Of a DNA stretch of 64,000 nucleotides, positions 28,260 through 36,542 are shown one piece after another. The translations under genes were made by a program, and so were the position numbers. The stretch lies in the IMG/VR virus record IMGVR_UViG_3300044912_000713. One strand, written 5' to 3'. Numbering within the stretch: position 1 is the first letter of the stretch; each line of letters starts with the position of its first letter. Source of the stretch: an uncultured virus (IMG/VR IMGVR_UViG_3300044912_000713) (taxonomy: Duplodnaviria; Heunggongvirae; Uroviricota; Caudoviricetes). The notes beneath the pieces are model-generated. The model had not been told where the DNA came from, searched no databases, and saw only the letters and a program-made list of their open reading frames with translations.

Positions 28260-28823
28260 ATGGCTAAGACAAAGGTTTATCAATACTACACCGAATTGCC
28301 ATCCTGGGCGAAGGGAATAGTCGTGGTCGGCGGAATAGCGATAGTGTACTTCGCGGGCCGCTCCATTTTTAGAAAGCTGCGGGAGTCCAAGACCGCCCAA
28401 GACTCGAGAGAGGCGGTAAAAGACGCCGAAAACGACAAGTCAAAACTGGTCAGGGGCGGCGTGAAGGCGTCCTACAGCAAGACGCAATACCAGACGTGGG
28501 CGAACGCAATCCAGCAGCAGTTCGAGGGTTGCGACTTTTCGGCCGAGATAACCTGGGGTAGCGACTCTCCCCTGGGCGCGGCATCCGTATGGAGCAGCAG
28601 TGGCTACAAGGTGGCGTCCATTCTTAACCAGTTGAAAAACGACGTGGACTACCTCGAACTCACGACCGCGTGGGGCATCAGGACCTACGACGCCTGCGGA
28701 TATTGGACTGGGGACATCAAGAACGTGGACTTTTCAAAAGCCGTTCAAAGCGAACTGTCGGCTAGGGAGATATCCAACCTGAACCAGATTTTGAAGAAAA
28801 AAGGAATCAAGTACCAACTATAA
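28260..28823 (+). CDS. N-terminal TM protein
   Basis: GIVVVGGIAIVYF followed by a helical domain. Confidence 0.75.
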   Translation: MAKTKVYQYYTELPSWAKGIVVVGGIAIVYFAGRSIFRKLRESKTAQDSREAVKDAENDKSKLVRGGVKASYSKTQYQTWANAIQQQFEGCDFSAEITWGSDSPLGAASVWSSSGYKVASILNQLKNDVDYLELTTAWGIRTYDACGYWTGDIKNVDFSKAVQSELSAREISNLNQILKKKGIKYQL

Positions 28824-28834
28824 AATAAACAGAC

Positions 28835-29365
28835 ATGGCAGCAGCAGCAGTATTTTTAGCACCAACGGTAGTGGGGGGAACGCTCTTATCGAAGCGGGCC
28901 GAAAACAGGAGAAAGCAGGCGGCGGCCAACGCCTTCTCGCAGAAGTACCCACTCGTCGACAACCCGGCATCCAACAGCGCAGCCATACAGGCGGCGAAGG
29001 CAGAGCTAAAGGCGATAAATGCTTCTCCCGCAAGGACGCCCGGGGCGAAGCGCGTAAAAAACAGAAACAGCGCGGAGCTGTCGAAGTGGATTGCCGTCAT
29101 GGAGTCCCATGGAAAGGACCTGAAGGCCGGAATGGCTGTTGCGACTACCCAGTCGGCGGCGGTGGCTAGCATGGCCCCCAACGTGGCGAACACGCCCCCG
29201 GTCGTGATGCCCCCAAGCCAGGGCGGAACGCAGGAGCCCGAGACGCCCGCGGAGGCGGCGGCTGCGGAGAACATGGCCGCACCGACGAAAGGAGGCACCA
29301 ACTGGCTTCTCATCGGCGGCATCGCCATAGGCGCGATAGTATTGTACAAAATAATTAAAAGATAA
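28835..29365 (+). CDS. C-terminal TM protein
   Basis: NWLLIGGIAIGAIVLYKII. Confidence 0.7.
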   Translation: MAAAAVFLAPTVVGGTLLSKRAENRRKQAAANAFSQKYPLVDNPASNSAAIQAAKAELKAINASPARTPGAKRVKNRNSAELSKWIAVMESHGKDLKAGMAVATTQSAAVASMAPNVANTPPVVMPPSQGGTQEPETPAEAAAAENMAAPTKGGTNWLLIGGIAIGAIVLYKIIKR

Positions 29366-29368
29366 GAC

Positions 29369-29941
29369 ATGGCAATCGAGATGATTGAAAACAACGAGCT
29401 GGCCGCGCTGGCTCCTAGCAGACTGGGACTCAACGAGTTCGCGGACGACAACTGGGCGTATAGGAACTACACCGGCTCGGACGAGTTCTTCAACCTTTTC
29501 GGTAGCAGGCAGGCCAAGAAGGAAAAGTATTCGCAGCAGGTACAGCAGAAGTTCGGCGGACTATCCACGGACTGCGAAAACATACAGACAAGCATCGACC
29601 TGGTGAACAACGAGCTCAGGACCCTACTGAAGCAGAAGCAGAACCTGGAGGTTAAGACCAAGGTCAAGAACCTGAATGCCAGACTGGGCGAGCTCAAGGC
29701 AATGCAGATTTCGCAGAAGTGCGAGAAGCAGCTGGCGGAGCAGCAGCGCCAGACGCAGCAGGAGGAGGTTTTGACGACGCTGACAAAGCTGAGCGACGTT
29801 TCGGTCGGCAAGGCGTCCGAGGAGCTGAAGGGCCTGCAGGGTGGCGAACCAGCCGGCACGGACACCAACAAGCTTCTCCTTTACGGGGGAATCGGGGTGG
29901 CCGCCCTCGTCGTGATAATCCTAATCGCAAAACGAAACTAA
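29369..29941 (+). CDS. Coiled-coil protein with C-terminal TM
   Basis: YRNYTG and FFNLFG motifs; TM tail. Confidence 0.75.
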   Translation: MAIEMIENNELAALAPSRLGLNEFADDNWAYRNYTGSDEFFNLFGSRQAKKEKYSQQVQQKFGGLSTDCENIQTSIDLVNNELRTLLKQKQNLEVKTKVKNLNARLGELKAMQISQKCEKQLAEQQRQTQQEEVLTTLTKLSDVSVGKASEELKGLQGGEPAGTDTNKLLLYGGIGVAALVVIILIAKRN

Positions 29942-29942
29942 A

Positions 29943-30425
29943 ATGAAGAAACTGGCGGCGCTGGCCGGAATAGGGATAATCGGGTACGCACTGTACCGCT
30001 ACTACAAGAAGCAGATAGCCTTCCTGGAGGACCTGACATACCAGGTGGTCGGCGTGAGCCCCAGGGAGATTTCGAAGAGCAACGTGTCCGTGGACGTAAC
30101 CGTGAAGGTTTTCAACGCGTCAAACGTGAACGTCACCATCACGCAGATAATACTGGACGTCCTGGCGAACGGGGTGAAGGTGGGAAGCGTCAACGAGACC
30201 AAGGACATAACCCTCCTTCCCGGAAAGACGACCGTGCTGTCATTTAATTTCTCCTTCAATCCGCAACTCGTACTCAAAAATTTAGTAGATTTGGTCACGT
30301 TAACAGTGGCCGCAAAAGACCTCAAGATTCGGCTCGAGGGTTACATCAGGGCGAGGAGCTCTTTTCTGAGCACGTCGCTCCCGTTCACCTACGAGACGAG
30401 CCTGAAAGAGGCGATAAAAAGATAA
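29943..30425 (+). CDS. LEA_2/WHy-like domain protein with N-terminal TM
   Basis: VKVFNASNVNVTI....DVLANGVKVG pattern. Confidence 0.7.
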   Translation: MKKLAALAGIGIIGYALYRYYKKQIAFLEDLTYQVVGVSPREISKSNVSVDVTVKVFNASNVNVTITQIILDVLANGVKVGSVNETKDITLLPGKTTVLSFNFSFNPQLVLKNLVDLVTLTVAAKDLKIRLEGYIRARSSFLSTSLPFTYETSLKEAIKR

Positions 30426-30429
30426 AAAT

Positions 30430-30702
30430 ATGGGTTCGTTAAACGTACACACGCAAGAACTGTCCGGAGGCACCATAACCATAGTGTCGTCGGACAACGC
30501 AGTAAGGGTCAGCATAATCTGCAGCTCCGGGACGATTACGGTCAACGGAAGCTCGACGTTCCAGTCGGTGCCGTCCGGTCCGGTGACATTCGAGCCGGGA
30601 GAGGGAATCACGGTTACGTCCCCTGCGCTCAACAATCCCATAGACGGGCTCACGGTCGACGCGACCGGTGGGGTCGCGGACCTGGTCATATCGACGCAAT
30701 AA
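30430..30702 (+). CDS. Small all-beta protein, possibly structural
   Basis: Beta-rich 90-aa ORF. Confidence 0.6.
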   Translation: MGSLNVHTQELSGGTITIVSSDNAVRVSIICSSGTITVNGSSTFQSVPSGPVTFEPGEGITVTSPALNNPIDGLTVDATGGVADLVISTQ

Positions 30703-30730
30703 ACAAGCTAAACCAAAAAAAAACCATAAA

Positions 30731-31162
30731 ATGGAAGACTTAATCATTTCGGAGACGAATAAAATCTTCTCCAAGGCAATCGAGAGACAGGCTAAGAAGA
30801 GAGGGATGGACCCCCTCGACGCATCGATACTCCTGAAGCTGGACGCGGAGGGAGAGGTCGAGTACTGGATGTGCGAGAACCACACTCCGGTCGAGAAGGT
30901 CGGGATACTGCAGGTGCTGGGAGTCAAGATAGACCTTCGCATGTACTCCGTGATAGTGCCTCCCCAGATTAAGAAGATTCTGGAGGGTTTCGAAACGGAG
31001 TTCGGCTCGAAGGACGTGGAGGTAATGGTTTACCTCAACAGGGAGCAGCTATGGCAGAGCGAAGAGGATGCGGAGGAGGACCTGGCGTATTTGCTGTTCG
31101 TGGAGGGCGGCAGAAAAAAGAAATTCAAATTAGAGCAAGTATTAAACCTGCAGATGACGTGA
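30731..31162 (+). CDS. Hypothetical protein
   Basis: ATG after A-rich leader. Confidence 0.7.
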   Translation: MEDLIISETNKIFSKAIERQAKKRGMDPLDASILLKLDAEGEVEYWMCENHTPVEKVGILQVLGVKIDLRMYSVIVPPQIKKILEGFETEFGSKDVEVMVYLNREQLWQSEEDAEEDLAYLLFVEGGRKKKFKLEQVLNLQMT

Positions 31163-31200
31163 AACTAGAAAAGGGTGCACATGGATTCTTTCCTAAAAAC

Positions 31201-31244
31201 TCCGAGATTGGAAGCCGCGCTTCCGGTTTCGGATTTCGCGTTTT
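31201..31244 (+). terminator. Hairpin / possible terminator before the fibre genes
   Basis: TCCGA-GATT-GGAAGC-CGC-GCTTCC-GGTT-TCGGA followed by a T-rich tract. Confidence 0.5.
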
Positions 31245-31269
31245 AATGCAAAAGTAAAATTCATAGTCC

Positions 31270-34200
31270 ATGAGCACATCATTTCTAGGTGGAGACGGAT
31301 TCGGTTTTATAGGCGGCGTCGGCGGCGGCGGGGGCACGGGTTCATCGGGAACCAGCGGAACCAGCTTCGGCAGTTCCGGAACCTCCGGCAGCGCGGGAAC
31401 ATCGGGCCTTGCCGGGTCTAGCGGAACGTCCGGCTCGGGTTCGAGCGGAACATCGGGCCAGAGCGGTTCGAGCGGAACATCCGGATTCGGCTCTAGCGGC
31501 ACGTCCGGCGAGACGGGAACTTCGGGAACGAGCGCGATGGACGGCAGCTCCGGGACATCCGGGGAAACCGGGACGTCGGGTACCGACGGCAGCTCGGGTA
31601 CGGACGGAAGCTCCGGAACCGACGGCTCAAGCGGGGAGAGCGGGACGTCCGGACAGGACGGCTCATCGGGAACCAGCGGCGATTCGGGTACCTCGGGAGA
31701 GTCCGGCAGCTCGGGAACGAGCGCAAGCGACGGAAGCTCCGGCACCTCCGGGGTGAACGGGACCTCCGGTACCGACGGCAGCAGCGGCACCTCCGGAACG
31801 GACGGCAGCTCGGGAAGCAGCGGGACATCCGCGACCTCGGGAAGCTCCGGGTCATCGGGGACCTCCGCGGAGAACGGAACGGCGGGTACCTCCGGAGAGG
31901 GGGGCACGTCCGGTACGGACGGCAGCTCCGGCAGCTCGGGTACGACGGGGACGTCGGGGATAGACGGGACAAGCGGCACGTCGGGAAGCGACGGGTCGAG
32001 CGGCGAGTCGGGCTCGTCCGGGACATCCGGCAGCTCGGGAACGGACGGGTCTTCGGGTACCTCCGGCAGCGACGGCTCATCGGGAACGGCAGGCGACGCG
32101 GGTACATCCGGTACGGACGGCTCAAGCGGCACGGATGGAAGCTCCGGGACCTCGGGAAGCTCTGGAACGGCGGGAGAGTCGGGTACATCCGGCACCGACG
32201 GCAGCAGCGGAACCAGCGCAGAATCGGGGACCTCTGGAACGACGGGGACTTCGGGGACGGACGGAAGCTCCGGAACCGACGGAAGCTCGGGACAGTCGGG
32301 CTCCAGCGGTACTAGCGGGCAGGACGGCTCATCCGGTACGGACGGCAGCTCGGGAACATCGGCGACATCGGGAAGTTCGGGGACATCCGCCACTTCAGGC
32401 TCCTCAGGGGTAGACGGCGGCGGAACGGGACTCTGGGAGTATTCGGCCGGCAATGCCGGGGATACAGCGGGAGAGATGGAGGCCTTTGGCACTTCCAGCC
32501 TTTTCTCGGCCACGACATCTTTGTACATAAACCAGATTGACCAGAACTCTGTAAACTGGTACGGGTACGTAAACGCCCTCCTGTCGGCCACCGGCAGGTT
32601 CATAGTCCAGGTTTCCGAGCTAGGAAACCCATCAAACAACGGAATTTACGAGGCCACCAACCTGACCCTGGGAACGGGCAACGCCATGGTTATGACGTCG
32701 CTCACCTTCCTGTCAGGAAGTGGCACGTTTGCCAACGCAACGATATACGCGGTATCATTCATACCGTACGGATTCAACGGAACATCGGGAACGAACGGTT
32801 CCTCCGGCACGGCGGGACAGGACGGTACCTCTGGCACGGCGGGAATGGACGGAAGCAGCGGCACGTCCGGGACGGACGGCAGCTCGGGAACCTCCGGTCT
32901 GACCGGGGACTCCGGCACGTCCGGAACCTCTGGTTCGAGCGGGGAGACGGGCACTTCGGGCAGCTCGGGGACGTCCGCGACCAGCGGCGAAAGCGGGACT
33001 TCAGGCACGGACGGCTCGTCCGGGACCGACGGAAGCTCGGGAACCTCGGGAAGCTCGGGTACGGACGGCAGCAGCGGAACGGACGGGTCCTCCGGGACTT
33101 CGGGTACCGACGGCAGCTCCGGGACCGACGGGTCTTCGGGTACGGACGGCAGCAGCGGAACAGACGGGTCCTCCGGGACATCGGGCACCGACGGCAGCTC
33201 AGGTACGGACGGGTCCTCCGGGACCTCCGGAACGGCGGGAAGCAGCGGGACCAGCGCGAGCTCGGGCTCCAGCGGAACATCCGGTACAGACGGCAGCTCG
33301 GGCTCATCGGGCACGTCCGGTACGGACGGCAGCTCCGGAACCTCAGCCAGCAGCGGAAGCTCTGGGACTTCGGGGGAATCTGGCACGTCGGGCAGCTCGG
33401 GAACTTCGGGGACGGACGGCAGCTCCGGCAGCTCGGGTACGTCCGGGACGGACGGTTCTAGCGGCACGGACGGCAGCTCCGGCTCTTCGGGGACTTCGGG
33501 GACGGATGGAAGCTCCGGGACGGACGGAAGCTCGGGGACCTCGGGTACGGATGGCTCAAGCGGGACGGACGGAAGCTCCGGCAGCTCAGGCACCTCCGGG
33601 GAGTCGGGCACGTCAGGAAGCTCCGGGACGTCGGGTACCGACGGCAGCTCGGGCAGCTCGGGCACGTCCGGTACGGACGGTAGCTCGGGGACGTCGGGCA
33701 GCTCGGGCACATCGGCGACCTCAGGGACATCGGGGACGTCAGGGACGTCTGGGACCTCTGGCACGAGCGGCGTAAACGGACTCACTTGTGGTGAGTATCT
33801 CATTTTCAACGATACCGGTTCGACCCAGACCTACTCTTACGACGACTGCGCGGGAGACGCGCAGAGCGTTAGCATAGGCGATGGCGTCACACAGACAATA
33901 TGCGCCCTCGTCGGAAGCGTGGTCGGACCCGCGATTTCAAACTGCAAATGCTATTCGCTGACCAATGACGGAGACCCAACAAATACAAATACAACCACTT
34001 ATGACGACTGCGACGGCAACCCGCAGACAATAAGCAATAAGATATTTAATTCGGCGGCCACTTACTTCTGCGCCCAGGAGGGAAGCATAACAATTACCTC
34101 TGGATTGACGGTAATAGAGGTAGGGGACAACCTGTCCACGTGCGGCGGGATTTGCGGAAACTCCCTATTTACCATAACATACCAGGGCGTTTGCTCCGGC

Positions 34201-36507
34201 TCCTCGGGAACTTCCGGGACGTCCGGGACGTCGGGAAGCTCGGGCACGTCCGCGACGGCCGGCAGCTCCGGGACTTCAGGGACCGACGGCTCATCAGGGA
34301 CGTCGGGAAGCTCTGGACTGAGCGGGGAAAACGGGACGTCCGGAACCTCGGCCAGTTCGGGAAGCTCCGGCACCAGTGCCATGGACGGGTCCTCTGGGAC
34401 GTCGGGAGACGCGGGAACGTCCGGAACCGATGGAAGCTCCGGCACCTCGGCGACCAGTGGCAGTTCGGGAAGCAGCGGGACCTCGGCCAGCTCGGGTTCG
34501 AGCGGCACGTCGGGGATAGACGGTACCTCAGGGACCTCCGGCAGCTCCGGCAGCTCGGGAAGCAGCGGGACGTCGGCCACGGACGGCTCAAGCGGGACGT
34601 CAGGCTCGTCAGGTACCTCGGGGACGGACGGCAGCTCGGGAACGTCGGCAAGCTCCGGCAGCAGCGGGACATCCGCGACATCGGGCTCGAGCGGCACGGA
34701 CGGCAGCTCCGGAAGCTCTGGAACGTCGGGCACGGCGGGAAGCAGCGGGACGTCGGCCACGGACGGCAGCTCGGGAACATCCGGGGCGACCGGCACGGCG
34801 GGAACATCGGGTATAAACGGGGTCGCGGGCGGACTGGTGTACTACATGAACCAGTCGACAAACACCAGCTCGGCATTCGGAACGCCGACATACAAGCAAT
34901 TTTCGGATACCCCAAGTGGCAGCGCGCAGACAACTGTAACGACCACTGTTCCCTTAAACTCAACCGCTACGATTGCCGCTTTCGCAACGGATAGCGGAGT
35001 GCCTAACGCGGAGTTTATCCCAGCGGGTAACTGGGCGTTCGTGATGCACGTTCAACTCGACAATTCAAACGCCGAGTTTAATTGCTACGCCGAGATATAC
35101 ACGTACACCACCGGTGCGGTTTCGACATTGATTGGAACGACCAACGCGGTTAACATACAGTATCTTGGTGGAGCGATTCAACAGCTTTATACCGATACGT
35201 TCATCCCATTAACGGATACAAACGTATCGGATAGGTTATACATCTTGGTTAAGGCGCAAAATGTTGACAACCAAAACCACGACATTACCTTCTATACGGA
35301 AGGACAGACATACTACTCCTACGCCCAGACGACATTCAATCCGCCAAGCGGGACGTCGGGAACGTCAGGGGTGAACGGGACCTCCGGCACGTCGGGAAGC
35401 AGCGGCACGTCCGCGACCTCCGGCAGCTCGGGAACCTCGGGGACCGACGGAAGCTCGGGCACGTCCGCGACCAGCGGCAGCTCGGGAAGCGACGGCTCAT
35501 CCGGAACCTCGGCCACGTCGGGGTCCAGCGGCACGTCGGCGACTTCGGGAAGCTCGGGCACGTCCGGTACGGACGGCAGCTCCGGGACCTCGGGAAGCTC
35601 GGGCACTTCGGCGACCAGCGGAAGCTCAGGCACGGACGGCTCATCCGGAACCTCGGGCAGCTCGGGTACGAGCGCGACCGACGGCAGCAGCGGAACGGAC
35701 GGGTCTTCGGGGACGGCCGGGACCTCGGGAAGCTCGGGAAGCTCCGGAACCAGCGCGACGAGCGGAAGCTCGGGCACGTCCGCGACCAGCGGCAGCTCGG
35801 GAACGAGCGCCAGCGACGGAAGCTCCGGCACGTCCGGAAGCTCGGGAACGTCGGCCAGCTCGGGAAGCTCGGGCTCCTCGGGAACGTCGGCAAGCTCCGG
35901 CAGCTCGGGAACTTCGGGCACGGACGGCAGCAGCGGGACCTCCGGAAGCTCCGGAACCTCCGCCAGCTCCGGCAGCTCGGGCTCATCCGGAACGTCGGCC
36001 AGCAGCGGCAGCTCAGGCACCTCCGGGGCGAACGGGACCTCCGGCACGGACGGGTCATCCGGGACGTCGGCAAGCTCCGGCACATCCGCCACCAGCGGAA
36101 GCTCCGGAAGCTCGGGAACGAGCGCTACCAGCGGCAGCAGCGGCACTTCGGGGGAGAACGGCTCGTCCGGGACCTCGGGAAGCTCGGGAAGCAGCGGGAC
36201 ATCCGCGACCTCGGGCAGCAGCGGCACATCGGGGGTGAACGGGACCTCCGGCACGAACGGCAGCAGCGGAACGTCCGCCAGCTCCGGGACCTCCGGGGCC
36301 AACGGGACCTCGGGGACGTCGGGAAGCAGCGGGACGAGCGCGACCTCTGGGTCGAGCGGGACCTCGGCAAGCTCGGGAAGCAGCGGCTCGTCCGGAAGCA
36401 GCGGAACCTCCGCCAGCTCGGGAACCAGCGCCAGCTCGGGAACGGCGGGAGCGACGCCGGAGTTCTTCGGAACCAGCTCGTCTTCCATAACGCTCCCACT
36501 GACATAA
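31270..36507 (+). CDS. Giant Gly-X-Y (Ser/Thr-rich) fibre protein A with three globular inserts
   Basis: Four long (G-T-S/G-S-S/G-T-D)n blocks separated by non-repetitive domains, one of them Cys-rich. Confidence 0.85.
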   Translation: MSTSFLGGDGFGFIGGVGGGGGTGSSGTSGTSFGSSGTSGSAGTSGLAGSSGTSGSGSSGTSGQSGSSGTSGFGSSGTSGETGTSGTSAMDGSSGTSGETGTSGTDGSSGTDGSSGTDGSSGESGTSGQDGSSGTSGDSGTSGESGSSGTSASDGSSGTSGVNGTSGTDGSSGTSGTDGSSGSSGTSATSGSSGSSGTSAENGTAGTSGEGGTSGTDGSSGSSGTTGTSGIDGTSGTSGSDGSSGESGSSGTSGSSGTDGSSGTSGSDGSSGTAGDAGTSGTDGSSGTDGSSGTSGSSGTAGESGTSGTDGSSGTSAESGTSGTTGTSGTDGSSGTDGSSGQSGSSGTSGQDGSSGTDGSSGTSATSGSSGTSATSGSSGVDGGGTGLWEYSAGNAGDTAGEMEAFGTSSLFSATTSLYINQIDQNSVNWYGYVNALLSATGRFIVQVSELGNPSNNGIYEATNLTLGTGNAMVMTSLTFLSGSGTFANATIYAVSFIPYGFNGTSGTNGSSGTAGQDGTSGTAGMDGSSGTSGTDGSSGTSGLTGDSGTSGTSGSSGETGTSGSSGTSATSGESGTSGTDGSSGTDGSSGTSGSSGTDGSSGTDGSSGTSGTDGSSGTDGSSGTDGSSGTDGSSGTSGTDGSSGTDGSSGTSGTAGSSGTSASSGSSGTSGTDGSSGSSGTSGTDGSSGTSASSGSSGTSGESGTSGSSGTSGTDGSSGSSGTSGTDGSSGTDGSSGSSGTSGTDGSSGTDGSSGTSGTDGSSGTDGSSGSSGTSGESGTSGSSGTSGTDGSSGSSGTSGTDGSSGTSGSSGTSATSGTSGTSGTSGTSGTSGVNGLTCGEYLIFNDTGSTQTYSYDDCAGDAQSVSIGDGVTQTICALVGSVVGPAISNCKCYSLTNDGDPTNTNTTTYDDCDGNPQTISNKIFNSAATYFCAQEGSITITSGLTVIEVGDNLSTCGGICGNSLFTITYQGVCSGSSGTSGTSGTSGSSGTSATAGSSGTSGTDGSSGTSGSSGLSGENGTSGTSASSGSSGTSAMDGSSGTSGDAGTSGTDGSSGTSATSGSSGSSGTSASSGSSGTSGIDGTSGTSGSSGSSGSSGTSATDGSSGTSGSSGTSGTDGSSGTSASSGSSGTSATSGSSGTDGSSGSSGTSGTAGSSGTSATDGSSGTSGATGTAGTSGINGVAGGLVYYMNQSTNTSSAFGTPTYKQFSDTPSGSAQTTVTTTVPLNSTATIAAFATDSGVPNAEFIPAGNWAFVMHVQLDNSNAEFNCYAEIYTYTTGAVSTLIGTTNAVNIQYLGGAIQQLYTDTFIPLTDTNVSDRLYILVKAQNVDNQNHDITFYTEGQTYYSYAQTTFNPPSGTSGTSGVNGTSGTSGSSGTSATSGSSGTSGTDGSSGTSATSGSSGSDGSSGTSATSGSSGTSATSGSSGTSGTDGSSGTSGSSGTSATSGSSGTDGSSGTSGSSGTSATDGSSGTDGSSGTAGTSGSSGSSGTSATSGSSGTSATSGSSGTSASDGSSGTSGSSGTSASSGSSGSSGTSASSGSSGTSGTDGSSGTSGSSGTSASSGSSGSSGTSASSGSSGTSGANGTSGTDGSSGTSASSGTSATSGSSGSSGTSATSGSSGTSGENGSSGTSGSSGSSGTSATSGSSGTSGVNGTSGTNGSSGTSASSGTSGANGTSGTSGSSGTSATSGSSGTSASSGSSGSSGSSGTSASSGTSASSGTAGATPEFFGTSSSSITLPLT

Positions 36508-36542
36508 ACAAGCAATTGAAACAACAATAGAACCCACAGGGG

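Noticed and set aside
20..30000. Numerous overlapping alternative-frame ORFs in the track
   Set aside because: Arg/Gly/Pro-rich shadow ORFs expected from high GC3; they overlap better-supported genes
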